Origin: Ophelia neglecta
Lineage: Eukaryota
Direction: 5' to 3'
Length of the DNA: 64,000 nucleotides
Assembly (NCBI GenBank): GCA_965285935.1
Contig: OZ260667.1
Coordinates: 32,426,001 to 32,490,000 of the forward strand
Below the pieces are notes generated by a model. The model did no database searches. It saw nothing but the letters and a program-made list of their open reading frames with translations, and had not been told where the DNA came from. Shown piece by piece: positions 1 through 12,276 of this stretch. The translations under genes and the position numbers were made by a program. Within the stretch, counting starts at the first letter, position 1. Every line of letters starts with the position of its first letter.

Positions 1-262
1 TGAAAATGTTATTCTAATAAACGGTATACTTTTATCAACTTATTTGTTGACAAGCGAGCACATGGGAACTTAACACTTTTGTAATAGACACGTGATCACA
101 ACTTTGTTATAATATTAATAACCTTATTAATCCCAATATCACTGATATCTTAGGCCTATAGATTCTGACATGCTGATAGCTGAGATGAAAACAAATACTC
201 ACGGCTAGCAGTCTTAATTGAATGATGTTATTGTGATTGGTGAATTTCCTCGTTTTTTCTAG

Positions 263-3200
263 CATGCCCTAGCAATTGCAAGACATGTCATGACCCAGAC
301 GGAAATTGCGATTCTTGTTTTGAAAATCATTACATTCGTAACGGAGCTTGCGAAGGTAAATGGAAAACATTCCATAAGAATATTGTATTCTCGACGCCTA
401 CTCATAAAATTTTTCCTTCATTGGAGAGGGGTGGATGCGGTAAATCTGTAAAAAAGACAAATACGTTTCGGACCCAGTTTTCTTGATTTTAAGGGAGTGC
501 CCAGACAACATTCGCATATTTTAATAGCGTATGTTATTGAAAAAAGGGGTAATGCCCATGCCTGTTTTTCTGACTCGTACACCATTTTAATTTGTGACTT
601 GATAGAATAATGCTTTTAGGCCGGCATTGTCTGTTATTTTTCCTTCATTTTGTTAACGTCATTACAGCTTGTTCGTCAGGATGTCTGGAATGTGATATGT
701 ACGGGAACGGCGCCTGTACTCTCTGTCGTCTGGGTTACAGCTTACAGAACAACATATGTGTCCAGGCTAAAGGGGGTTGGCGGTCATTGCATTATACATC
801 TGAAGGCTTGAATTATAATATCAGACGATAAGAATAATAACATGCTAAGAGTAGCTAAACTAAGTCAAAAACTCTGTCAAAAATGTATTAACTAGGGGCA
901 ATTATACCAAATTACATTGCAGCATGGTTCTCCAAAAGAAATAATCATTTTAACATAAATATTAGTCCATGGAGGGCCTTTAGGTGTATAATTATAGCAT
1001 TACTATTATTATAGGATACCGATGTGCCCCCTTCTGTTCAGCATGCGACTCGCAAGAAAACTGCATCCAATGTTTTCCCGGCTACCGGCTCAACGAACAG
1101 AAATGTGAACAGGATTTAGCAGGTAAATTGAATAATTAGATGTTTTCTGATAAGGAGTCTAAATAACGAATAGTGTTATTTTAGCTATCACGATAGATTT
1201 TGTTTTGTCAAGTGACAAGCTCAACTTTCTGAAATAGTGATCAACACAATGAACAGAGTGAAAGGAAATATTCTTCTTTTCAGCGTGCACTCTGAGGGAC
1301 TGTGAGAAGTGTTCCTCCGGTTCTTACTGTGATGTTTGCAAGAATGGATTTTACATAAGCAGTGGAATCTGCAAGGGTATGGTTTGGGATTGTTAAAGTG
1401 CATGCATTAATAAAAAAAAGTCCAAATTCAGATATAAACTTCTAAGAAACCCGTTAGGTTGGAACATTTTTATTTTTATTCTGAGTGGGTTGTGGACTTG
1501 CCTTCTCTTAAATGTAGGATAAAATAAATTTGTCCTTGGCCCATTCTTAGTCTTCTCGAATGCCTTTAACACAGTAGCCCGCAATTTTTTCTTTCACACT
1601 TGAAAGCTATTGCATAAAGGGATTGGTTTCAAAGTTAATTGGTCAACAGAAAACTGTTGTTACTATGGTGGTGTGCACTAGAGCATGAGGTATAATAGAT
1701 GTGGTGTCCCTCAGGGGTCTATTTTAGGAAATCTATTATTCTTATTGAATATATACAGTATAGCATTTTATTGTAATATACTGTTTCTGTTCCTTCCTGA
1801 CGATGAATCAAATGCTTATATTTGGGTTATGGTTTTCGATATTATGATTTTAACATTGGGGAAAAAAGAAACAAACATCGGGTGGCTCCATGTTATCGAA
1901 CTTACTCGTAACTTAACGGAAACATCCGAAGAGCCTCATAAGCGAATCCTCGGTTTTAACACCCAACACCAACAGCTAGATGGTTTTCAACTGGTACACG
2001 CACTTGATTTTAAACCTGAAATTAAATTTGGCCACTTGTTACTTACTTAATCGGGTTGCCATTCTTGTTTATCATGTTAAAATATGAGTTATTTTATTGG
2101 GAGCAATAAAGCCTGATTTCCCGCCTTTGCCTTGTTTCTTGATATAATTTTGCTTGAAATGATTTAGATGTACATAGTATAATTGAAATAAATCGAATTG
2201 AATTGAATTTCCACAGCATGTCCGACTAATTGTAAACACTGTACATCTGATAATGTCTGCACGGAATGTGTGGACGGCTTCTACTGGGACGGCTCGTCTG
2301 CGTGCATAGGTGAGTGGATATCGTTAAACTGTCATTCTTTGATTCACATATTAAGGCTGTATTGTTCAGTTGTCTTAATAATCTGTTGTAACAAAGACTA
2401 TTTTTAAAAAATCGATATTATAAATTACACATGTCTATTATAATCGTATTGTTCATTTTTGGGGCATATCTGTTGATATGTAAGACAATAAATGACTTAC
2501 GATAAATGAAGTTACATTTTCACTTTTAAATGTAATATAGAATAAATTTGTCGTTGGCCTCTTCTTAGACTTCTCGAATGCTTTTGACACAGACTGTCAG
2601 TCGATCACAAAACATTTTTGTTCAAAGTTGAAAGCTATTGCATTAAGGGACTGGTTTCCCTAATTTGGTCAACAGAAACCTGTAGTTAACTACAGTGATG
2701 TGCACTCGAGCATAAGGGATTATAGATGTGGTGTTCCTCAGGGGACTATTTTATGTCATTTTTTTTTCTTGTTGTATATTATATATAGCATTTTTTTGGT
2801 AAATTACTGTGTCTGTTCCTTCTTGACGACGAATCAAATGCTTATATTTTGGGTGTGATTTTCTGATATTGTGATTTAACATTTGGGAAAAGGAAACAAA
2901 TATCACTTGGTTCCATGTAATTGAAGTTTCTCGTAACCTTAACGGAAACATCCGAAGAGCACCATAACCGAATCACTTGTCTGTGACAATAGCAAAATTA
3001 TTGCCCTTATAAGGCTGAAGCGATATAGGAGTTACATCTCAGTTTTAATGATCAGCTCTGTGGTACCAGACAGGCAGATAGTTTACCCCTTAATTCCGAT
3101 TCGTAATTCTAATATGGTAAAGCAAAGGATTCAATTCTACCAAACAGCCATGTTTTTAATAGTTAATTGGTTCAAGTCAACCACCTTTTCTCCAACAATG

Positions 3201-6200
3201 TTGTAACGCCTCAGTTATAACACCTAATACCACCAGATAGATGGTTTTCAACTTGTAGACGCACTTGATTTTAAACCTGAAATTAAATTTGGCCACTTGA
3301 TACTTATTTAGGTTGCCATCCTTGTTTATCATATTATAATATGTGTTATTTTTAGTGGGCAATAAACCCTAATTTGCCGCCTGTGCCTTGTTACTTGATA
3401 TAATTGTGCTTGAAATGATTATGATTTAAATAATATAGTGGAAATGAATTGAATTGAATTGAATTTCCACAGTATGTCCTACTTATTGTAAACACTGTAC
3501 ATCTGATAATGTCTGCACGGAATGTGTGGATGGCTTCTACTGGGACGGCTCGTCTGCGTGCATAGGTGAGTGGATATCGTTAAACTGTCATTCTTTGTGG
3601 TGGATTATCATATCCAGTGTGTAATTCTTTGATTCACATATTCAGGCTGTATTGTTCAGTTGTCCTAATAATCTGTTGCAACACAGACTATTTATAAAAA
3701 GTCGATATTATAAATTACACTTGTCTATTATAATCGTATTGTTCATTTTTGGGGCATATCTGTTGATATGTAAGACAATAAATGACTTACGATAAATGAA
3801 GTTACATTTTCACTTTTAAATGTAATATAGAATAAATTTGTCGTTGGCCTCTTCTTAGACTTCTCGAATGCTTTTGACACAGACTGTCAGTCGATCACAA
3901 AACATTTTTGTTCAAAGTTGAAAGCTATTGCATTAAGGGACTGGTTTCCCTAATTTGGTCAACAGAAACCTGTAGTTAACTACAGTGATGTGCACTCGAG
4001 CATAAGGGATTATAGATGTGGTGTTCCTCAGGGGACTATTTTATATCATTTTTTTTTCTTGTTGTATATTATATATAGCATTTTTTTGGTAAATTACTGT
4101 TTCTGTTCCTTCTTGACGACGAATCAAATGCTTATATTTTGGGTATGATTTTCTGTTATTGTGATTTAACATTTGGGAAAAGGAAACAAATATCACTTGG
4201 TTCCATGTAATTGAAGTTTCTCGTAACCTTAACGGAAACATCCGAAGAGCACCATAACCAAATCACTTGTCTGTGACAATAGCAAAATTATTGCCCTTAT
4301 AAGGCTGAAGCGATATAGGAGTTACATCTCAGTTTTAATGATCAGCTCTGTGGTACCAGACAGGCAGATAGTTTACCCCTTAATTCCGATTCGTAATTCT
4401 AACATGGTAAAGCAAAGGATCAATTCTACCAAACAGCCATGTTTTTAATAGTAAATTGGTTCAAGTCAACCACCTTTTCTCCAACAATGTTGTACCGCCT
4501 TAGTTATAACACCTAATACCACCAGATAGATGTTTTTCAATTTGTACACGCACTTGATTTTAAACCTGAAATTAAATTTGGCCACTTGATACTTACTTAT
4601 TTAGGTTGCCATCCTTGTTTATCATGTTATAATATGTGTTATTTTTAGTGGGCAATAAACGCTGATTTCCCGCCTTTGCCTTGTTTCTTGATATAATTTT
4701 GCTTGAAATGATTTAGAGGTACATAGTATAATTGAAATAAATTGAATTGAATTGAATTTCCACAGTATGTCCTACTAATTGTAAACACTGTACATCTTAT
4801 AATGTCTGCACGGAATGTGTGGACGGGTACTACTTGAACGGCTCGTCTGCGTGCATAGGTGAGTGGATATCGTTAAACTGTCATTCTATGTGGTGGATTA
4901 TCATATCCAATGTGTGATTCTTTGATTCACACAGGCCTATTCAGGCTGTATTGTTCAGTTGTCTTATTAATCTGTAGCAACAAAGAGTATATTCTTATAG
5001 TCGATATTATAAATTACAGTTGTTCATTATAATTGCATTGATTATTAAATAATTTATATCAATGACCATAAGTAACTGTTGTGCTAACAAAGGCCCATTG
5101 TTTCGTATTTTTTCCTGACACCAAATCAATGTATGAAGAATGCTACCCCTCTAACTGTTTGCGCTGTAATTATTATGGAGACTGCGAGGAATGCAGGGAT
5201 GGATACTCCTGGGATGTAGGCTTTTAGTGGGCAATAAACCCTGATTTCCCGCCTGTGCCATGTTACTTGATATATATTTGTGCTTGAAATGATTATGATT
5301 TAAATAGTATAATGGAAATAAATTGAATTGAATTGAATTCCCACAGTATGTCCGACTAATTGTAAACACTGTACATCTGATAATGTCTGCACGGAATGTG
5401 TGGACGGCTACTACTGGGACGGCTCGTCTGCGTGCATAGGTGAGTGGATATCGTTAAACTGTCATTCTTTGTGGTGGATTATCATAACCAGTGTGTGATT
5501 CTTTGATACACATAGGCCTATTCAGGCGGTATTGTTCAGTTGTCTTAATAATCTGTTGCAACAAAGATTCTTTTTTTTAAATCGATATTATAAATTACAC
5601 TTGTTTATTGTAATCGTATTGTTCATTTTTGGTGGATATCTGTTGATATGTTAGACAATAAATGACTTACGATTAATGAAGTTTAAGTTACCATTAGATA
5701 ATTTATAACAATGACTGTAAGTAAATTTGAATAGTTTGTTGTGCTAACAAAGGCCCATTGCTTCTTTTTTTCCTGACACCAAATCAATGTATGAAGAATG
5801 CTACCCATCTAACTGTATACGCTGTAATTATTATGGAGACTGCGAAGAATGCAGGGATGGATACACCTGGGATGGCAAGTCATGCTATGGTGAGTGGTTG
5901 GCCAAACTACCATCCATGTATTTAGAGGGTGTTTCCATTGCAGTCTCTTTGGAACCAAAGTGCCAATATAAAAGCCAATACTTCTAGACCTACTTATTGG
6001 TGACTCGTTTTGGTCAGGTGTGGGAGATAACAACAAATAAACAAATAATATTGATGAAATGTTAGCTTACAGAATTTTTCAAGCGCAAACGAATACTGTG
6101 TCCTTTGGCAGTTAAGACCCCGGAGTCAAATCTCAAGGATAACAATACTCCGGACATTAAGACCGCGGAACATACATGCAATAGAGCATATTAAATTTAT

Positions 6201-9200
6201 AAAGAGATAAAGTCCATGATAGGAATCAGAGCATAATAGAATTGAGTCAGTGGTCAACAAAGGAGAGAGATGAACTATAGACTCGGATCGAGAGTCTTGA
6301 TATGTTGGATTAAGCTCGCACATAGTCTTGAAACGCAAGAAGAAATTGTTCCAATAACACAAGACCAAAGAAGGATGTAAAATGAACCCTGCGTACTTAA
6401 GAATGTGCATTGGCGCGAGGAGTGGGGTGGGGGGTGAATTCGCTTGTTTTTTACCCAAATGCAACTACCAATCAAAGCACATTTTCCTTATCTTTTCACC
6501 CTTTAATGTCAGTGAAGGTAACAAAATTGAAGAATTTTTAAAGGGGTTTAATTGAGATATATATATATGCATACTAAGTACCGAATATATTTTTTATTAA
6601 AGAATGCCAAGAAGGATGTCATAAATGTACAAATACCTCATGTACTGCTTGCAACACTGGCTACTACCTGGAAGCATCCACGGATCAGTGTCAAGGTAAG
6701 TATTTCTAACCGCAGAAGTTGTAGTGGTGTGCTTTTGAATTGTTCCAACATAACCAGGATCATACTATACGGCCGAATGGCAGTTCTTTTTCATTACTCA
6801 GTAACAAATCTGTAGACTGAAACGTAAGCTGTGAACCAACTTGACACCTTTTACATTGTTCCAAAAGTGGGCACAGTGAAAAGGCCTCGTGAACTAGCTT
6901 GATATTTGCTTCATTATCTAAAAAACGTTATATAGAAACATAGATGGAGAACTATTTCATATTTAAAATGTCTGAACAATGAAACGTGAAACGGGAACCA
7001 ACATACTCATTACTGTTACCACTCTACTAAGTACCCACCCCTAGTTCATTCAAGGCCGATGGACACCAGTATTTTTCTCTTAGCCCTATATATCAATATT
7101 TAGAAAACCAGAAGGCTATACTTTTCAAATCTGTTGATTTGCCTTATTGGTCCCTAGTTACTATCATGCGACACTGTTGGCAATGTTTCCATTTTTGCGA
7201 TATTGAATAATGGCAAAAAAAATTAAAGATCCTTGAACATTTTCATTTCAATGCACTGCAACTTGAGATAAATTTGAAGAGAAATGTGAATCACAAAATA
7301 CACGATCGGTCTGCAACACAAATATTCGTTTTCCGCTACCATCCAAACATTTCACCCGGCGAAAATGCCTAGATCACATTATAATGGTTCTTTAATTTCT
7401 TCTAATTATTTGCTGCTAGCCTGTCCGGGATCCTGTGAGAAATGCTACTGGCCTGATACTGATTCGGCAGTTCATTGCACCCAATGCCAAGCAAGGTTTA
7501 CTCTTGTATCCGGAACGTGCATAGGTAAGTCCATTAATTGTCCATTTTTTAACTAGTGGACCCCTTATCATTATTTTAACATATTATTATTTCCTCTCTC
7601 TGGTGTAGCGTGTCCATCACAGTGTCAGCGTTGTTATGAAGTTTCTCCTGGTTTGGTAAGCTGTCAGTTGTGCGACAAACGGTTTGGCCTGTCCAAAGAA
7701 AGTCAGCTATGTTTTGGTGAGCACCGCATTTGTTCCATATCCATACTACGGTAAGATAGAAAGGCTGTAGCATGTAGCTTTTTTAATGTCTTGACTAGGC
7801 TATATTATTTAGGCGTGAACAATTCATTGTTTTTTTCGACTTCAGAATGCCCTTCGAACTCAAAAAAGTGTGAATTAGAAAATGGTCGGTTGATAAGTTC
7901 AGAATGTTATCCTGGTTATATGCTAGGAAGTGACAAACTATGCCACGGTAGGTTTGATCAGTCATTAAAAAGTTAAAATGAAAATTTTCCTAAATCAACA
8001 TAATTGAAAGGGATATACTTGGAATTTTCTTTTTGAAGCTTGTCCTGGTAAATGTAAATCGTGTATCATTTCGGAGAGCGACGCCGTGGTTTGTGACCCC
8101 GGCCAGTGTGATGAAGGCTACGGCAGATCATATGATGGCTTGACATGTCTGGGTCCGTATTGTAACTACTAACTGTTCACATTAAATGACGTTTTTACTC
8201 TCTTTTTTTAAATTTTACCTCGCAAGTCGCATTTTTCTTATTGTTAAAACGGTTACTAAAGCTTATTAATGGCTTTTTATTTCCAAAGTTATAAATATAC
8301 GATAAACCTATAACTTATATAACTGATAATAGTTTCCCAAGAAACATGACTCGTCGACCTGTAGGTGCGTTTTAAAAAATAATTACCGCCTTGTTGTTCA
8401 GACTGTGTGGTAGCCACGGGTCAGTACGGATGTTCTCGGTGTGGCGACGTTCCCAGTCCTTCCCAGCCAGCCATTTGTAAACAATGTTCTATCGCTATGG
8501 GATACACGCTCACTACCAACGGAAATCACACAGGATGTGCTAGTAAAGAACTGATCCAAAAATACACTTTATTAAACACATTTCATCCGTTTATTTATTT
8601 TTTTGCCATGCATGCGGATTTTTCAATATATACTTCTCCTCTTAATACAATGGATACACACTATTTGTATGATATTTGTTTAGGTTTCAGTGAATTGGAA
8701 GATGCAAAATTCTGTGCTGAATATGTGGATAAACCTTTACAGTGTGACAAGTGCCAGCCGGGATTTAGACTAGTGAACAATGTTTGCCTTGGTTAGATTT
8801 AGATATACGTTCCTTTTACAATTCCCAAACCACTTGTTTACTTTGCATTCTCATGAAAAGAAGTTATATTCAGAAAACGTTACTTGTACATGATCCCATC
8901 GGCAATTTTGATATCATTTTAGTCGAATGTTTGGTGTGTGGAAATTTTACGACCAACACTTACTTAAACGACTCATATTGCAACAACGAAAATCAGACTT
9001 CCTACAAAGAAACTATGTGTAAGAGAGGATGTTGGGTAAATATGATCATAATTGACAAGGTCTATCGACTTGATAACAGTTGATTACTAAAATATTGAAT
9101 GTATTTTGTAAAGTTCATTATATTAACAATTAACCTACAAAGATAATAAATTAATGAGGAGGCTAGTGCTTTTTTCAAGGTTGAAAAATCGGTAAGTTTC

Positions 9201-11197
9201 CAAATTGGTTAACATGTTCCTTTTGGGTCAAATTAACAATCAACGTTTACCGTCTGGTTTAAGACTAGTTATAGCTACTACAAGTATAAACAACCGTTTA
9301 CAAATCATTATCATGTTATCTTATTGATCTGTTATGTTATTAAAAACTGTCCGAGAAGTCTATTTAGTAGGCTGTCACGTTTATGAATTTGGTTTTCTTC
9401 TCAGAGGGAGACCTATGTAATTTCATTTCATTTTCCCCTTAAGCGAAAAATTGGCAAACACGTACACGTATAGTCTACACTGTCATCTTTATCTTGATTG
9501 AGTCATAATTAATATTCAATGTCATAAACAAACGCGAAGGTCACACATTGGGCCAAATCTACAGAAGATAAATTTTGTACGTGTTCTGCTCAAATAGCTA
9601 GTGCAGGCGTTTTGGCAGAAAGGTGAGTTGCGAAACTTGGCCTGGAATAGTTTGGAAATTGGTTTCGTGGTGCGAGTCATGTGTCAGGGACACCTGGTTT
9701 GGCGAATATACACTTTCACTTTTTTTCGGCGCAGACATAATAAAAACGTGGGCTGGAACGCCGCAGAACTAGATTTTCATGCTAATGGTCAAAGGTCAAA
9801 TCAGGAAATCTGGCTCAATGAAGGCAGTAATCCTTGCACGAACTTTCGGATGAGAGACGCTGGCATCCTCAGCCTACTTGAAGGGATGAATACCAATACA
9901 ACATTTTACAATCCACAATGAAAATCAAGGTTTAATACATGAAATGATCAGCGTTTGATGCAATTTAAAAACTCGCTGATGTGAATCCTAAGTGGGGGCC
10001 GAAAGACACATTCATATATGCCGTTGAGAAAGGCCTGGCTCTGCAAGAAGGGCCTACCTGACATTTCTGTTTTTGCAACTGTTGCTTAAACATGTAGTGC
10101 TACCCTATAAGGTTAGGATACTATAATAATGAGGTGAACGCCGTATATTTAACATACTGACCTGACATACCCACTGAGGGATAACGGTGGTGAAGGGAGA
10201 GGAATTAATAAAATTAACCTAATTCAATGAAAAGCAACTTTTCTAATTTAGCACCTATGTGCTCCAGTCAAGCGATGCTATTAACTACAATAAATACCGA
10301 ACTTGACGAACCATGTAGATCATCATGATCATACATGTACATACATTTTCCCATCCATGGATCACCGAGTTTATAGACAACATTATAATGTTCCGGGTAG
10401 ACCCTTGGGTTCTCAAAAAGTTCTTAATATAACAACAAATGACTAGTCTAAAGTTAGCGGTCATGATCAGTTTCTACGAGGGTGTATAACTATATATTAC
10501 CAGGCTGAGAGATGGGAGAATCAGACTCACCACGGCATAGCTCGGGGCTGCATGGACGACAGAGCTTGTGATAAGGACGGCGAGATGTGTCGGGAGGTGC
10601 CATCAAGTTACAAGGTAGGCTACGGTTTAAGCTAGTGAAGAAATATTTGAAACCGAAATTTGATTCGACTTTGAGTTACATTGCTGTATTCTATTCGCAA
10701 CGAAATTATCTCAAAACAGACGTCCTTGTTCTCTACACACGTCTTTGTGCCTATCTCATTGTATCCCTCTATAGGCTTATTCCAACTTAAATATTTAATT
10801 AAATTTTATTAAACATTCAATTTGGCATTACATTGGTGAAGGGCAAAGTTTCTTAAAAATAAAGATAAACAGACAATAGACATGACTTGAAGCCATAGTT
10901 TTTAAATTTATAATAATTGGAAAACAAGAGAGTAAATAATACACAAGGATATATTAAGGCCTATTACATAAGCCTAAATAAAGAAAAATTTCTATGTCCC
11001 TGCAAAGCAATAACAGTCAATGCCCTGGTTGACTTGTATTTCAGACATGTGCTCGTTGCTGCACCTCGGATAAATGCAACAACTTTATTATCACCATGAA
11101 TTTAGGGCAAAGAAATGTGTCACCCTTGTTCTTTACAACAATCGTCTTGCTATTAATCGTATTTGCGACGAACTACCCTTGGATCTACAGCTATTAA
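263..11197 (+). CDS. Furin-like (CxxC) cysteine-rich repeat cell-surface protein with C-terminal Ly6/uPAR (three-finger) domain and hydrophobic GPI-signal/TM tail; 5' end lies outside the window
   Basis: AG/GT-bounded, frame-preserving phase-1 exons: 263-355, 668-775, 1015-1122, 1284-1376, 2217-2309, 3473-3565, 4766-4858, 5347-5439, 5797-5889, 6603-6695, 7420-7524, 7609-7716, 7846-7947, 8039-8152, 8402-8542, 8684-8791. Each encodes roughly CPxxCxxC...CxxC..G(F/Y)...C. LU exons follow: 8923-9035 (ECLVC...CKRGCW), 10504-10614 (...ARGCMDDRAC...), 11045-11197 (TCARCCTSDKCN...LFFTTIVLLLIVFATNYPWIYSY*). Confidence 0.85.
1400..2209 (+). mobile_element. Degenerate CR1/L2-clade LINE fragment (RT region plus 3' tail) in an intron
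   Basis: Remnants FLxFSNAFNTV and CGVPQGSILGNLLFL (RT motifs). Ends in an AAATAAA-(GAATT)n tail. Confidence 0.75.
1508..5889 (+). repeat. Recent tandem segmental duplication of (LINE fragment + 93-bp cysteine-rich exon) units
   Basis: Near-identical exon copies start at 2217, 3473, 4766 and 5347 (spacings 1256, 1293, 581 bp), with matching flanking intron and LINE sequence. 2525-3815 is nearly identical to 3815-4990 over the LINE and exon. Confidence 0.95.
5139..5216 (+). pseudogene. 3'-truncated duplicate (pseudo-exon) of exon 5797-5889
   Basis: Encodes ECYPSNCLRCNYYGDCEECRDGYSWD, then switches abruptly into LINE sequence (cttttagtgggcaataaacc). It lacks the final Cys and the phase-1 donor. 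Confidence 0.8.
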
Positions 11198-12276
11198 TGG
11201 ATAGATGGCATCAGTTGGCGAGGAAAATACACCGGCGTCTTCTTAACGGAATATTTCACTTTTCTTGAAGTAACAAGTACATCATCGAATAATGATTGCT
11301 CACATATCCAGGAAAACAATTGACTTTTATAATGATATATATGTATATACCCAACCGTGTGAAAAGATATAGTAATCATTATCGAATCGTGTAACGAATA
11401 AGAATAAGCATTTCATAAACAGTTTAAGGTGTTACGTTGAAAATGGTCCGAATAGTTCTGATTCCTGTGAACATTTAACGACCAAATATGCCTAGGTCTT
11501 ACTAGGCTTACACACTTTATCTTTGCGGTAATATACGTCCAGTTTTTAACTTGATTAATCATCATTTCCATATTGTACATTGTATATCTATAATAAAAAA
11601 TCACTCCTTTCCATAATGCCTTGATCCAGCGACCCCTCGTCGGGAACATTGATTGTTCGTATATATTCGAGTGTAACAGCTATCTCTATTGACAGAAGTG
11701 ATAATTATCTGTCATACAGGGCTTTGACCCCTGTAGCATCTTTTCACGAAAACGTCTTCACTATATAAATATCAAAGATGCAAACAATACGCTAGTGATT
11801 ATCGGCCGTATTTTTTACATAGAGGTCAAGGCTTGACCTCCCCAATCCCCATGTGTTACTCGCGCTGTCCAAGCTGCTGCCTATTCATCTACCATTCTAC
11901 ATCTGTCCTCTATCAAACAACTGTCTAATGAGACACCATACGCCCTAACTCACCAAACAATCGCACATTTACCAATGATGTGGCCGCAAATCAGTAATTA
12001 AAACGACCAGCAAGAGTTATTTGTGATGTCTTGATTTCCTGTCATATCACAAGTGACTCGTTGTATGTATTTGATCACAAACGTAAGCCACTGTCCTTAG
12101 GAATGCTGTGTCGGGTTACATTAAAGATATGATGAATTGGAGTTAAAACTAATAAAAGCGCATGAGAAAACAATTATCTCATTACTTCCATGTTTACAGA
12201 GAGCTGAACGGACTAGTTATTTACTATTATTTGTGAATACCTATACCCTGGAATTGGAGACGTGATTATTTGTACA

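Noticed and set aside
2217-5439. Positive selection among the duplicated exons
   Set aside because: 6 nonsynonymous versus 3 synonymous sites is not above neutral expectation, and all Cys residues are conserved.
9601-9921. 106-aa intronic ORF and the many other 60-120 aa track ORFs
   Set aside because: No motifs or compatible splice sites; most overlap repeats or are antisense to real exons.
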